DNA from: a virus
IMG/VR virus record: IMGVR_UViG_3300017776_000014
Location: 1 to 57,568 of that record
Direction: 5' to 3' (one strand)
DNA length: 57,568 nucleotides
The stretch's first letter is position 1, and every line of letters begins with the position of its first letter. A program made the translations under genes and the position numbers. Shown piece after piece: positions 9,251-17,295 of the stretch. Below the pieces are notes generated by a model. It was not told the origin of the DNA and made no database searches. It saw only the letters and a program-made list of their open reading frames with translations.

Positions 9251-9944
9251 ATTCCTCCCAGGACGTCAACAATTCTAATAGACGTCTTGAAGTTGTTGGG
9301 TCTCCGGCGTTATGCCCTCGCCAAGCAGCGCGAACCCTACTCCACTGACGGGAGGAGGGTATACCGTTAAGTATTTTATCCGCTTTCTTAGGGCCAATGC
9401 CTTTTATTCCTGGTATATTATCTGCGGTATCTCCAGTAAGACACTGCCGCATAAGGTTAAGATGACCAGCATCATGATCCACATATACGTGAGAGGATTT
9501 GACAAAGTTGAAGTGATTACCTGGGATTTGTAATAAATCCTTATCAATCCCTGCGATGTAATAGTCTTGGTTTTCTTCAATAGCTTCGTGAGCCCAGATA
9601 CAAACCAAATCATCGGCTTCCATGTCGTCGGCCATAACAGCGCCATGTTTATCGCACATATAACCGTGGCCATAATTAAGAGCTGTACGTAGATCATCAT
9701 TTAATTCTTTCCTGTTTGCTTTATAATCCTTATATATACCATGTCTGAAATTACCCTTACCTTTTACTGCGTGCATAATCTTATCAGACATGCACTCACG
9801 TTTAATTGTGTTAATGGTATGGTTAATTGCTTTACGAATATCGCTCTTCCAGTTACGCTTTAATCCATCTTTAGAAATTGCAGCAGCAGGTCTAAAGAAT
9901 AAACTATCAGCATCACAAAATATGATTGCGTCCTCAGTGAACAT
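9177..9944 (-). CDS. 5'-3' exonuclease / flap endonuclease (PIN plus H3TH)
   Basis: N-terminal acidic PIN-like region (FCDADS, EADD). H3TH motif GDTADNIPGIKGIGPKKADKIL. Confidence 0.88.
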   Translation of the reverse strand: MFTEDAIIFCDADSLFFRPAAAISKDGLKRNWKSDIRKAINHTINTIKRECMSDKIMHAVKGKGNFRHGIYKDYKANRKELNDDLRTALNYGHGYMCDKHGAVMADDMEADDLVCIWAHEAIEENQDYYIAGIDKDLLQIPGNHFNFVKSSHVYVDHDAGHLNLMRQCLTGDTADNIPGIKGIGPKKADKILNGIPSSRQWSRVRAAWRGHNAGDPTTSRRLLELLTSWEEYETIRSKAESESVQREQDVLPGEE

Positions 9945-11760
9945 CAGAATAATCCTTCCCTATTACATAGTCACCACCATCCATACATTCAACTCCGAAT
10001 AATTTAGGTGCTTCTTTAAATGATTCTTGTAGGATTTCACCAACCCTTTCCGCATCATCAGGATGGGATTGGTATGCTATCTCGTCATGATAGAATAAAC
10101 GAGGTTCAGCTCTCAAGCCTTCCTCTTTAATCTTCTTCATAGAGTATGAGAGCGCTGCCTTACAAGTAATACCTTCCGCAGACTGCAGTAAGTAATTAAG
10201 TGCTTGGTGTTCTGAAGGACAAAAGACTGGACGTCCATCCAACGCAGGGAACCAGCCATCTCCTTGGGAGTAACTAGTATTCTTCCACGTTTTACTGAGT
10301 TTATTACGCAACTCTTCCAAACCCTTAATACCCTTAGCGAACTTAACTCTTGATGCTTTACCTACTGAGGCATTAGCTTTTCCTGTAAGGACTTGACCCA
10401 ACTTAGCGTCACCAGCGCCAAATAGGTAAGCGTAAAGATAGTTTTTGGCGAGAGGCCTGCTGCAGCCAAGAGATTCAGCGTTTCGTTGGTGTTGGTCCCC
10501 GTAAATAACTTCACGAGTGAAACTAGGATTGGATACGTAATGGCACAAGCCACGTAGCTGGTTACCGCTAGAATCAGCGCCAACGATAACGTGACCATCA
10601 TCTGCGATAAGAAGTTCCCGAAGAGCTTTACCCCAAGACGCGGTAACCGCAGGAAGGTTGACAATGACCTCATGCCTACAACGGAAAGTTGGTGTGCCAA
10701 TAGTCCACATGTTACCATGAAGGCGGTTATCTCTAAGAGACTCAATCCACCCACGGATAACAGCTTCTCTATTTCGAATTGTGTAGTACTCATCTATCAT
10801 AGTTCCAATTGGACCCTGCTTCTGCAGAGAAGTTGTAGTTAATTTCGGACCTGTGGTTACCCATTCAAACCCGATCTTCTTCTTTTGGTACTCATCTGGT
10901 TTCCAACCGTTGTTAAGTAGCCATTCTTTGACGAGTTCCATGGAGCCGAGTGTAATCTGTTCCTCTCGACTTCTTCTAAACTCAGTACCAGGAGCCATAA
11001 CGTGGGTATCAGTAGGCTTGACAGTGTAGCCAAGATGCTCAGTGAGTATGCGGCATGTATTTGCATTGTACGTTCCGTCTTTCTTATATTTTGGTGTTTT
11101 GGGTTCTTTATCGATGAACACAATGCGAGTACCTAGGAGTGGATGAACTTTATCCTCAATCATTTTCATTCGATCTTGCATTTGCTTTTGAGATTCAAGA
11201 GCTTTTACAATATCGAAGTTCCAGCCTTTAGTTTTGACCGCTGCGTTAAACTTCGCAGTGTCGTGCTCTATTTGTAGTCCTTCTTTAATTTTAGGGTTTT
11301 TACTGTAAATCTTTGTGTACTCATCAAGCAGTCGTTTATAAATATCAACGTTAACTTTAACATCTTGCACACAATACTTCATCATTTCTGGAGTGAACTT
11401 TTCCCATTCATCGAAATCAATCTTCTTATTTCCAAGGTGTTCGCCCCAGCCTGCAAGGCCATGTCGGTGGCTTCGCTTATATCTTAATGTTTGTGACATA
11501 ACCCATGTGTCATATACACGTTTCTCATTAAGACTAGTGTTATACAAATCATCAACGACTCTATTATCAAAGCCGATAATATTATGACCGACTAATAATT
11601 CAGCACCAGACAGAAGATTAACACCGTCTTGTATATTACCGTGGTAGCCTTTTGCATCTGCATATTTGTAAATGTAATCTGTATCTAAGTTATAAGCTAC
11701 AATGCAATGTATTTTACTTGCTTGAAGCCCGTCAGTTTCTATATCGTAGACTAGACGCAT
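9934..11760 (-). CDS. Family A DNA polymerase with 3'-5' exonuclease domain (T7 gp5-like)
   Basis: ExoI YDIETDGL. Pol motif A GADSSGNQLR. Motif B RPLAKNYLYAYLFGAG. Motif C YHDEI. Confidence 0.92.
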   Translation of the reverse strand: MRLVYDIETDGLQASKIHCIVAYNLDTDYIYKYADAKGYHGNIQDGVNLLSGAELLVGHNIIGFDNRVVDDLYNTSLNEKRVYDTWVMSQTLRYKRSHRHGLAGWGEHLGNKKIDFDEWEKFTPEMMKYCVQDVKVNVDIYKRLLDEYTKIYSKNPKIKEGLQIEHDTAKFNAAVKTKGWNFDIVKALESQKQMQDRMKMIEDKVHPLLGTRIVFIDKEPKTPKYKKDGTYNANTCRILTEHLGYTVKPTDTHVMAPGTEFRRSREEQITLGSMELVKEWLLNNGWKPDEYQKKKIGFEWVTTGPKLTTTSLQKQGPIGTMIDEYYTIRNREAVIRGWIESLRDNRLHGNMWTIGTPTFRCRHEVIVNLPAVTASWGKALRELLIADDGHVIVGADSSGNQLRGLCHYVSNPSFTREVIYGDQHQRNAESLGCSRPLAKNYLYAYLFGAGDAKLGQVLTGKANASVGKASRVKFAKGIKGLEELRNKLSKTWKNTSYSQGDGWFPALDGRPVFCPSEHQALNYLLQSAEGITCKAALSYSMKKIKEEGLRAEPRLFYHDEIAYQSHPDDAERVGEILQESFKEAPKLFGVECMDGGDYVIGKDYSDVH

Positions 11761-11773
11761 GTCAAGTCCTTTC

Positions 11774-12004
11774 TTAAGCTATTATAAAATCTACAAGTTT
11801 CCCTTGTGGATGTTTGTTTTGATTATGTGGATGATAAGCATAGACACTTTCATATCTATACTCATCTGCTTTCTTATCGATTGCCTTATGAGTTGTATCA
11901 ACCCTTTCTATCTTTTCGCTTTTGCCTGGTTCAAATATTATATTTTGATGAGTATCGAATGGCATATTAGGTAAAGGGAAGTGAGATATTAGTGTCATCA
12001 CCAT
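11774..12004 (-). CDS. Hypothetical protein (76 aa)
   Basis: ORF translationally coupled to the upstream gene through overlapping start and stop. No recognisable motif. Confidence 0.5.
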   Translation of the reverse strand: MVMTLISHFPLPNMPFDTHQNIIFEPGKSEKIERVDTTHKAIDKKADEYRYESVYAYHPHNQNKHPQGKLVDFIIA

Positions 12005-12294
12005 TTCACCTTGTTAGCCCAGTAGGCTGCTGATAGCGGTCCTTTTGAAATGTTCTTCCTGTGACGCGCTTTGAATGAAGCGCGCTTCTTCTTCATCTTA
12101 TCAGACTCCCCAGATTTAGGTTTACCGGCTGTGCTTGCGCCTTGCTCACCGAAACGTATTAGTTTATAAGTTCCATTAGAGTGCGCCATAACTACGTGAG
12201 ACTTTGTAGGATGGTTAGGAGTCCGCTTAGGTTTATTTACTCCGGATAAACCAAGCCGCTTCATTGTTGATTTTACGCGTTCAGGTGTTGACAT
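11998..12294 (-). CDS. Hypothetical basic protein (98 aa)
   Basis: Lys/Arg-rich ORF (KPKRTPNHPTKSHVV...IRFG...YWANKVKW). AAAGAGG Shine-Dalgarno upstream. Confidence 0.65.
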   Translation of the reverse strand: MSTPERVKSTMKRLGLSGVNKPKRTPNHPTKSHVVMAHSNGTYKLIRFGEQGASTAGKPKSGESDKMKKKRASFKARHRKNISKGPLSAAYWANKVKW

Positions 12295-12402
12295 TTAAAA
12301 CCTCTTTATTATTTGTTGTTTTATTTTATAGGCTTCGTATAAGAGTCCAACAGTTAGTCCGAGATTAATACACATTATAAAATCTAGAAATTGGTTGGTC
12401 AT
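12295..12402 (-). CDS. Small hydrophobic peptide (35 aa), not in the ORF track
   Basis: MTNQFLDFIMCINLGLTVGLLYEAYKIKQQIIKRF. TAATG overlap with the MazG-like stop, and its own stop is immediately followed by the next ATG. Confidence 0.35.
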   Translation of the reverse strand: MTNQFLDFIMCINLGLTVGLLYEAYKIKQQIIKRF

Positions 12403-12827
12403 TATATATAGTCCTTCAAGTTGCCTGTGTTACGTGAGTGGTCTGGGCCTTTCCAATTAGAAGGCTTAATTAAATCGGGAAGTCCTAAAGTGTTGGGACG
12501 TCCAGGCTTTACACCCACTTCTTTGCTCATATTCGCCTTCATAACTTCTTGCCATGCTTTATTAGCATCAACATCAGCAATATCTAATGTACCAATGGCT
12601 ATAACGCATAGGTCTATTAGACCATCTACAAATTCTTCTTCATCACCTTGTAGATACGCTTGTACAGTCTCATTAAACTCTTCGGATAGCATGCGCATAC
12701 GTAATTTCATTAGTTCTTTACGTTTACTACTATCTGCGTTTAATGTCCAGTTATGCACTTTGAATTGCTCGTGCATTGCTTGGATTGTGGTTGGCCAATT
12801 AGAGTAGCTGATTAGTTCTTTATTCAT
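12402..12827 (-). CDS. MazG-like all-alpha NTP pyrophosphohydrolase
   Basis: Metal-binding helix pattern LSEEFNETVQA....EEEFVDGLIDLCVIAIGT, followed by W.EV.KANMSK. Confidence 0.75.
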   Translation of the reverse strand: MNKELISYSNWPTTIQAMHEQFKVHNWTLNADSSKRKELMKLRMRMLSEEFNETVQAYLQGDEEEFVDGLIDLCVIAIGTLDIADVDANKAWQEVMKANMSKEVGVKPGRPNTLGLPDLIKPSNWKGPDHSRNTGNLKDYI

Positions 12828-13065
12828 ATACTTTCCTTTCGAAATGTTGTTTTAGTTCTGTGTATCCACCAATGAAGGTATCATTGATGAATATTTGAGG
12901 CCAAGTTCTTAGCCCTGTTTTAGATATTATGTCTACTGCTATGTCCTTCTTCATGTCTACAGCGATGTCATAAAAACCCATTTGATTGTAACGTAACAAG
13001 TCTTTAGCTTTATCACAAAACGGGCAGTTTGCTATAGAGTATATTAAGTATTTTGTTGTTGTCAT
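12820..13065 (-). CDS. Glutaredoxin / NrdH-like redoxin
   Basis: CPFC active site and TWPQIFINDTFIGGYTEL. 81 aa. Confidence 0.88.
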   Translation of the reverse strand: MTTTKYLIYSIANCPFCDKAKDLLRYNQMGFYDIAVDMKKDIAVDIISKTGLRTWPQIFINDTFIGGYTELKQHFERKVYE

Positions 13066-13211
13066 TTCTTTTTGCTTTTAGATGCTTTTAGTGCTTTAGC
13101 AGTTGGAGCACCTTTTGCGCCTGGTTTACGCATTTTCTCACCAGAACCCGCAGCGATGCGTTTTCTTTTGTTATGTATATTTGTCCATAAGCCTGGTTTC
13201 TTTGCCATCAT
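13062..13211 (-). CDS. Small highly basic protein (49 aa), not in the ORF track
   Basis: MMAKKPGLWTNIHNKRKRIAAGSGEKMRKPGAKGAPTAKALKASKSKKK. Strong AAGGAG Shine-Dalgarno. ATGA overlap with the glutaredoxin start. Confidence 0.6.
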   Translation of the reverse strand: MMAKKPGLWTNIHNKRKRIAAGSGEKMRKPGAKGAPTAKALKASKSKKK

Positions 13212-13237
13212 TAATTCTCCTTATTAATTTTTCTAAT

Positions 13238-13648
13238 TTAGTCCCACAGTGCTTCGTAATACTTACCAAACAACCTAAAACCATTCGACATGCGTTTATA
13301 ATACTCCTCCCTTTCAGGCGTGGCAGCTTCATGCGCTGCATTAAATAACGTTATCTTCTCCGCAAATGCCCAGATCATCTCATCTAGTACCCAATCCCAT
13401 CTCGCATGGAACTGACCATCTACTTCACCAGTTTCACTAAACTTAGCCTTTGCTTCCTCTGACATTCCCATGCCTAGTGGTACGTCACCTTCGTCAACGA
13501 TTGGCGCGCCATGCTTAGTTTCCTTTAGCTGAATGAGCATTGGGTGTATTATGTGGGATAGGGTTATATCCATATTCCAAGTGTCTTGAGGTTCAATCTC
13601 AATGTTCACTGCCCTGTTCTTGCGGTATGGTCCAATTCTGACACGCAT
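13238..13648 (-). CDS. Hypothetical protein (136 aa)
   Basis: ORF contiguous with the neighbouring minus genes. No motif recognised. Confidence 0.6.
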   Translation of the reverse strand: MRVRIGPYRKNRAVNIEIEPQDTWNMDITLSHIIHPMLIQLKETKHGAPIVDEGDVPLGMGMSEEAKAKFSETGEVDGQFHARWDWVLDEMIWAFAEKITLFNAAHEAATPEREEYYKRMSNGFRLFGKYYEALWD

Positions 13649-14103
13649 TATAATTTCCTTACATCTACATAGAACCCATCTGGTTCTTTATAAGATTTTC
13701 TTAGGTTATCTGCCACTTCATCGTAAGTTAAGGTATTTACTAGTTTCACTGTTACTTCATCACTATCTTGGAGTGGACGGTTAGGTTTACTAGCCCATTC
13801 GAAGAATATAAAATAGTTTAGTATGTTGCGCTGCTTGATAACGTTTAGAGTTTTCTCACGGCTTACATTCCAGTATCCACGGATGAATTTAACATCGTAA
13901 GTTTTACCTTCTTTATCCATGAAGTCAACCATCCATGAGGGGTGAGCAAACCATTTCCCTTTCTCGATCATAGTGTGCTCTAGTAGTTCTGCATCTAAAT
14001 CCATTAGGAATTTACGATCAGTCCTACCCCGCTGGTTGTATTGGTTGAACTTTTCTTCACGATGCTTTAAGAAGTTTTGATTAACTGTGATTACTTCGCG
14101 CAT
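13648..14103 (-). CDS. Hypothetical protein (151 aa); weak PD-(D/E)xK-like pattern
   Basis: ORF with the VDFMD...YDVKF segment, reminiscent of a D...(D/E)xK nuclease core. This is weak. Confidence 0.55.
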   Translation of the reverse strand: MREVITVNQNFLKHREEKFNQYNQRGRTDRKFLMDLDAELLEHTMIEKGKWFAHPSWMVDFMDKEGKTYDVKFIRGYWNVSREKTLNVIKQRNILNYFIFFEWASKPNRPLQDSDEVTVKLVNTLTYDEVADNLRKSYKEPDGFYVDVRKL

Positions 14104-14130
14104 AAAATGCCTTTCCGCGGCGCATACCGC

Positions 14131-14152
14131 TTGTCGGTTAAGTCTTGTCGGT
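14131..14152 (-). promoter_or_regulatory. Pair of TGTCGGTT (minus strand: AACCGACA) direct repeats, class B motif site
   Basis: cTTGTCGGTTaagtcTTGTCGGTTtat, located between a terminator hairpin and the start of 13648..14103. Confidence 0.4.
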
Positions 14153-14156
14153 TTAT

Positions 14157-14187
14157 AAAAAATCGGTGAGGGCTTTACGCCCTCGCC
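14157..14187 (-). terminator. Intrinsic terminator (minus strand)
   Basis: 9-bp stem GGTGAGGGC/GCCCTCGCC (14165-14187), followed on the minus strand by GATTTTTTAT. Confidence 0.7.
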
Positions 14188-14190
14188 ATG

Positions 14191-14310
14191 TTACTCATCG
14201 TCACCTAAGATTTCCTTAATAGATTTCTTCATGTGACGTATCTCCATTAGAGCTGCAGTTGTACCTGCAACTACTACGAGAAGACAAACAATAAGTACTA
14301 TATCAGCCAT
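14191..14310 (-). CDS. Small membrane peptide (39 aa), not in the ORF track
   Basis: MADIVLIVCLLVVVAGTTAALMEIRHMKKSIKEILGDDE. ATGGCTGA start/stop overlap with the upstream gene. A terminator follows. Confidence 0.45.
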   Translation of the reverse strand: MADIVLIVCLLVVVAGTTAALMEIRHMKKSIKEILGDDE

Positions 14311-14629
14311 TTAGTTCTTCTTTCATAATTTTATCATGCTCATCTGATAACCATTGGTCGAGCCACTTGTTACCTGTTGAGTAATCGTTGATGGTTTCGT
14401 AGAATTCGTTGCCGTGTACGATGAATACCCATGCAGCTTGCTTGCCTTTTTCTAATAGGATTAGTGTTGAACAGTCACATGCTTTACATTCTTGCCATGC
14501 TTTGTCCTCATCGTAACCTTCGTATGCAGGTTGATTATGGTAAAGGTGATCTTCTTCGTACCATACTTGCAATTCATAACCTACGTCAACCGCTGCTTTC
14601 ATTAAGCGGTACGCAATATCGTTATTCAT
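14303..14629 (-). CDS. Hypothetical protein (108 aa)
   Basis: ORF coupled to its neighbours. No motif. Confidence 0.6.
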   Translation of the reverse strand: MNNDIAYRLMKAAVDVGYELQVWYEEDHLYHNQPAYEGYDEDKAWQECKACDCSTLILLEKGKQAAWVFIVHGNEFYETINDYSTGNKWLDQWLSDEHDKIMKEELNG

Positions 14630-14903
14630 CGGATTGTTCCTTATTGACTATGTATGCTGCCCACATCGCACAGTAGTTTATCATATCAATCAGTGAGTCT
14701 TCAAGAGATTCGAAGTTTGTATGCTCTTGATCTAACACTGAGCGCATTCGTAAATACTTTGTGTGAACCATTTGCATGTAGCTAAGATCGCCGAATGGGA
14801 AGTAGTCTTCTTCTTCGAACTGCGAACCTTGATAATCTTTTGATTTCTGTTGCTTTAGCGCGGCAGCTTCTTCTAGTATTTTAAGAGCTGTCATTTTTGC
14901 CAT
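14622..14903 (-). CDS. Hypothetical protein, DUF1599-like (nucleotide-modification-associated helical domain)
   Basis: The pattern K.KDYQGS....F....YMQMVHTKYLRMRSV resembles the DUF1599 family as I remember it. AAAGGAAAT Shine-Dalgarno. Confidence 0.5.
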   Translation of the reverse strand: MAKMTALKILEEAAALKQQKSKDYQGSQFEEEDYFPFGDLSYMQMVHTKYLRMRSVLDQEHTNFESLEDSLIDMINYCAMWAAYIVNKEQSDE

Positions 14904-14929
14904 ATTATTTCCTTTCGGGATATATTCGG

Positions 14930-14945
14930 GTATAAGTCCCTTTAG
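14930..14945 (+). promoter_or_regulatory. Class A phage-promoter candidate GTATAAGTCCCTTTAG (plus orientation)
   Basis: One of five perfect 16-mer copies. It is followed by AAGAA and lies 84 nt upstream of the ATG at 15029. Confidence 0.6.
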
Positions 14946-14965
14946 AAGAAACTTAAAATTTGCTC

Positions 14966-14998
14966 TTGTTAATTGGCCGCGAATGCGGACAATCGTTA
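14966..14998 (-). promoter_or_regulatory. Conserved 33-nt dyad-symmetric leader/operator element, copy 1
   Basis: TTGTTAATTGGCCGCGAATGCGGACAATCGTTA is 29/33 identical to 21060-21092. Arms ATTG.CCGC / GCGG.CAAT. Confidence 0.55.
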
Positions 14999-15011
14999 AG
15001 TAGAGCTCTAC

Positions 15012-15027
15012 CTAAAGGGACTTATAC
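15012..15027 (-). promoter_or_regulatory. Class A phage-promoter candidate (minus orientation)
   Basis: Reverse complement of GTATAAGTCCCTTTAG. It faces the minus operon that starts at 14903. Confidence 0.6.
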
Positions 15028-15028
15028 A

Positions 15029-15418
15029 ATGTCTAAAGTTAAGATGCATCCTAACAGTTTACGTAACCTTACAGGAGCTTGGGATAGTGAAAGTGCAAAG
15101 GAAGCACAATTACTAGGAGCTGCTAAGAAGAAAGCTAATAGACTTGCTAGAGAACAATTAAAATTATCACTTAATTCTTGGAAAGAGTTAAGAGAAGAGC
15201 TAAGTGATGACTTTAGTTCTGTTGAGTTATTAAGAGTTCTTGCTATGCAGAAGCTTGAAGAAGGCGATGTGGACGCTGGTGTTGAGATTTTGAAGTCAAT
15301 TGCTGAGTTTGAACAACCTAAGCTACAACGTATCGATCAGAAGATTGAAGAGGTTGATGCTAGTGAGTTGTCTGATGAGGAGTTGGAAGCAGCTTTGAAA
15401 CAAATCTCAGAGGAATAA
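15029..15418 (+). CDS. Hypothetical protein (129 aa); lone plus-strand gene inside the minus block, possibly DNA-binding or small-terminase-like
   Basis: ATG at 15029 (the ORF track extends to 14960). Basic N-terminus HPNSLRNL, acidic coiled-coil C-terminus. It has its own class A promoter and terminator. Confidence 0.6.
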   Translation: MSKVKMHPNSLRNLTGAWDSESAKEAQLLGAAKKKANRLAREQLKLSLNSWKELREELSDDFSSVELLRVLAMQKLEEGDVDAGVEILKSIAEFEQPKLQRIDQKIEEVDASELSDEELEAALKQISEE

Positions 15419-15463
15419 TAAAAACCCCGACTATCCGTAATGGATGGCCGGGGCTTTTTTTTT
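15416..15463. terminator. Bidirectional intrinsic terminator between convergent genes
   Basis: An A-run, the hairpin CCCCGACTATCCGTAATGGATGGCCGGGG (15425-15453), then a T9 run. Confidence 0.85.
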
Positions 15464-15725
15464 ATGCTGGATCGAGAGTACGAGTAAGTGAACGTTCTAC
15501 TTGATACCATTTAGCGTTAACTCTTGCGAGTGCTTCTTGAAGTATCCATCCTGACAAGGTACATTCTGCGCCTTGATTAGCGAAGAAACTACGGATTTGC
15601 CATTCGGGATATTCTTCTGCCCAAATATATTCATCATCAGACATGATGTGTCCATCTTCGAGCATTGAAGCGTACACGTCGTAACGCGCATTGCCTATTT
15701 GAACATTTTCAACTGCGATATTCAA
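15462..15725 (-). CDS. Hypothetical protein (87 aa)
   Basis: TTG start preceded by AGGAG. No motif. Confidence 0.55.
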   Translation of the reverse strand: MNIAVENVQIGNARYDVYASMLEDGHIMSDDEYIWAEEYPEWQIRSFFANQGAECTLSGWILQEALARVNAKWYQVERSLTRTLDPA

Positions 15726-15924
15726 TTACAACTCCTGTGTTCCATTTGTTTGCTTCAGCTTGAGCTTCTTTCATGGTGTCGAATAGAGCCGGCTTATCAA
15801 ATTCTGACCATACATTCATTGGCCGTACTAGAGTATACTCGCCGAGCTCTATTTCTATTTCTACTGCGTACTTCATTTGTTTAGCATTCTCATACATGTC
15901 AATACTGAATTTTCGTTCAGACAA
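15709..15924 (-). CDS. Hypothetical protein (71 aa; start uncertain)
   Basis: ORF with a TTG start and no clear Shine-Dalgarno. An internal ATG is an alternative start. Confidence 0.45.
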   Translation of the reverse strand: MSERKFSIDMYENAKQMKYAVEIEIELGEYTLVRPMNVWSEFDKPALFDTMKEAQAEANKWNTGVVIEYRS

Positions 15925-16003
15925 TCAGACCATATGTGGTATAAATATAGAGAACATAATATTAAGACTATACTTGTTGCCACAATGTAGATTAGAGGTT
16001 GTG

Positions 16004-16189
16004 TCATTTGGTGAGCCAATCAAAGATTGACGTACCCGTTGAAGAACGTGATACGAATTTACCTGATGATGAATCACGGGCAATTGATAGGTAACCTTTG
16101 TTGTTACTAATAGAACCTTTCTTTGCATATCTATTAGTTGTTCTACGGAACATTAGGTTTTTCTTGCCGATTGGACGCATATTAATCAT
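16004..16189 (-). CDS. Hypothetical basic protein (61 aa)
   Basis: The ATG at 16189 overlaps the stop of the upstream gene (GATGATTAA). MINMRPIGKKNLMFRRTTNRYAKKG... Confidence 0.5.
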   Translation of the reverse strand: MINMRPIGKKNLMFRRTTNRYAKKGSISNNKGYLSIARDSSSGKFVSRSSTGTSIFDWLTK

Positions 16190-16460
16190 CGTTTTCCCTT
16201 TCTGTGATTGATGCGAATGCTGATGGTTGTGCACCACTTAAATATTGTACAACCAATGAGACTTGGTATGTGCTTGCAGTAGTGCCTGATTGAGTTTTAA
16301 GCATACGTATTAGTTCTACGTAAGGAAGTGTTTCGTTGGACCAACAGTACATTGCGAATAAATCTTTGATTTCTTGCGATTTATCAACGTTGCTAATCCA
16401 TTCTTTTACTTTCTTTTCGGGATTTGTATCCCATTCATCGATTTCTTCACCTGTTAACAT
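16182..16460 (-). CDS. Hypothetical protein (92 aa)
   Basis: The ATG at 16460 overlaps the ThyX-like stop (ATGTTAA). The ORF track extends to 16487. Confidence 0.55.
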   Translation of the reverse strand: MLTGEEIDEWDTNPEKKVKEWISNVDKSQEIKDLFAMYCWSNETLPYVELIRMLKTQSGTTASTYQVSLVVQYLSGAQPSAFASITERENDD

Positions 16461-17119
16461 CGTAACGCCTTCCATCCTACGGGCCATATGTCTTCGAGTA
16501 TTGAATCGATTTGATTAGCCAATACTCTGGTTTCATATTGTGTATCTGATTTTGTACGCAAGTTGCACATATCAGAAAATGCATCCATACTGCCTGACCA
16601 ATACCACTCAGTAATCATTGATTGTGGTAGTATCATACGAGCTTGCTCTGGGCATACACCTTCTGCAAGTAGTCTGTCATAATCGTTAACAGCTCGTTGA
16701 TGGTAGTCGTTTAAGATATTGAATGCAAGATCGTCGTCGCGTAGTGGTTTACCTGAACCTTGCTTTTTATCTTTACTGCGTTCACGTAAACGTAATGGTG
16801 TATAGAACTTTGGTTTATCATCTACGTAGCGACGAGATATTTCATTCCACCGTAAGAATTTATGCTTGACAAGTTGCCTTGCTACAAACACAGGAGCTTT
16901 ACAGTGGAATGTTGCAAAGTTATGGCCGAATGGTGACATATGGCGGTGCTTTGCGAGGTAAGATATAAGCTTTGTATCTTTCTCAGAGAGAATATAAGTA
17001 GCTGTATCTTCATCATACTCCGGGTACTCGTGTTTTGCGAATGATACACGGGCAGAGTTTGTGATAGTGTGGTCGCTGCCCATATATTCTATACAGCTAG
17101 CGACGATTTGCTTATCCAT
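16454..17119 (-). CDS. thyX: ThyX-like flavin-dependent thymidylate synthase (variant signature)
   Basis: HMSPFGH...FHCKAPVFVARQLVKHKFLRWNEISRRY aligns by eye to the ThyX pattern H.S.lEH...SR....Q..RHR..S....SqRY. The RHR triad reads KHK. Confidence 0.75.
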   Translation of the reverse strand: MDKQIVASCIEYMGSDHTITNSARVSFAKHEYPEYDEDTATYILSEKDTKLISYLAKHRHMSPFGHNFATFHCKAPVFVARQLVKHKFLRWNEISRRYVDDKPKFYTPLRLRERSKDKKQGSGKPLRDDDLAFNILNDYHQRAVNDYDRLLAEGVCPEQARMILPQSMITEWYWSGSMDAFSDMCNLRTKSDTQYETRVLANQIDSILEDIWPVGWKALRC

Positions 17120-17295
17120 TAAACTAGTCCTTGCCAGTTATTCCAACCTTTTACTTTTAAAGCGTCAATAAAGGTTGTTTCACAAAAGTTACGGTTGTGC
17201 CGCATGCAGAATGACATTACATCCTGCACGCATTGACGCGACACATTATTATCTGCTAGTATTTCTACGAGTTCTACAAAGTGTTTACGTGTCAT
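17119..17295 (-). CDS. Hypothetical Cys-rich protein (58 aa), not in the ORF track
   Basis: MTRKHFVELVEILADNNVSRQCVQDVMSFCMRHNRNFCETTFIDALKVKGWNNWQGLV. TAATG overlaps at both ends. Confidence 0.55.
   Translation of the reverse strand: MTRKHFVELVEILADNNVSRQCVQDVMSFCMRHNRNFCETTFIDALKVKGWNNWQGLV

Noticed and set aside
12325-12345. Partial class A-like sequence cGTATAAGAGTCCaac
   Set aside because: Only the first 7 nt match and an insertion disrupts the rest. It is oriented against the surrounding genes and lies inside a small ORF.
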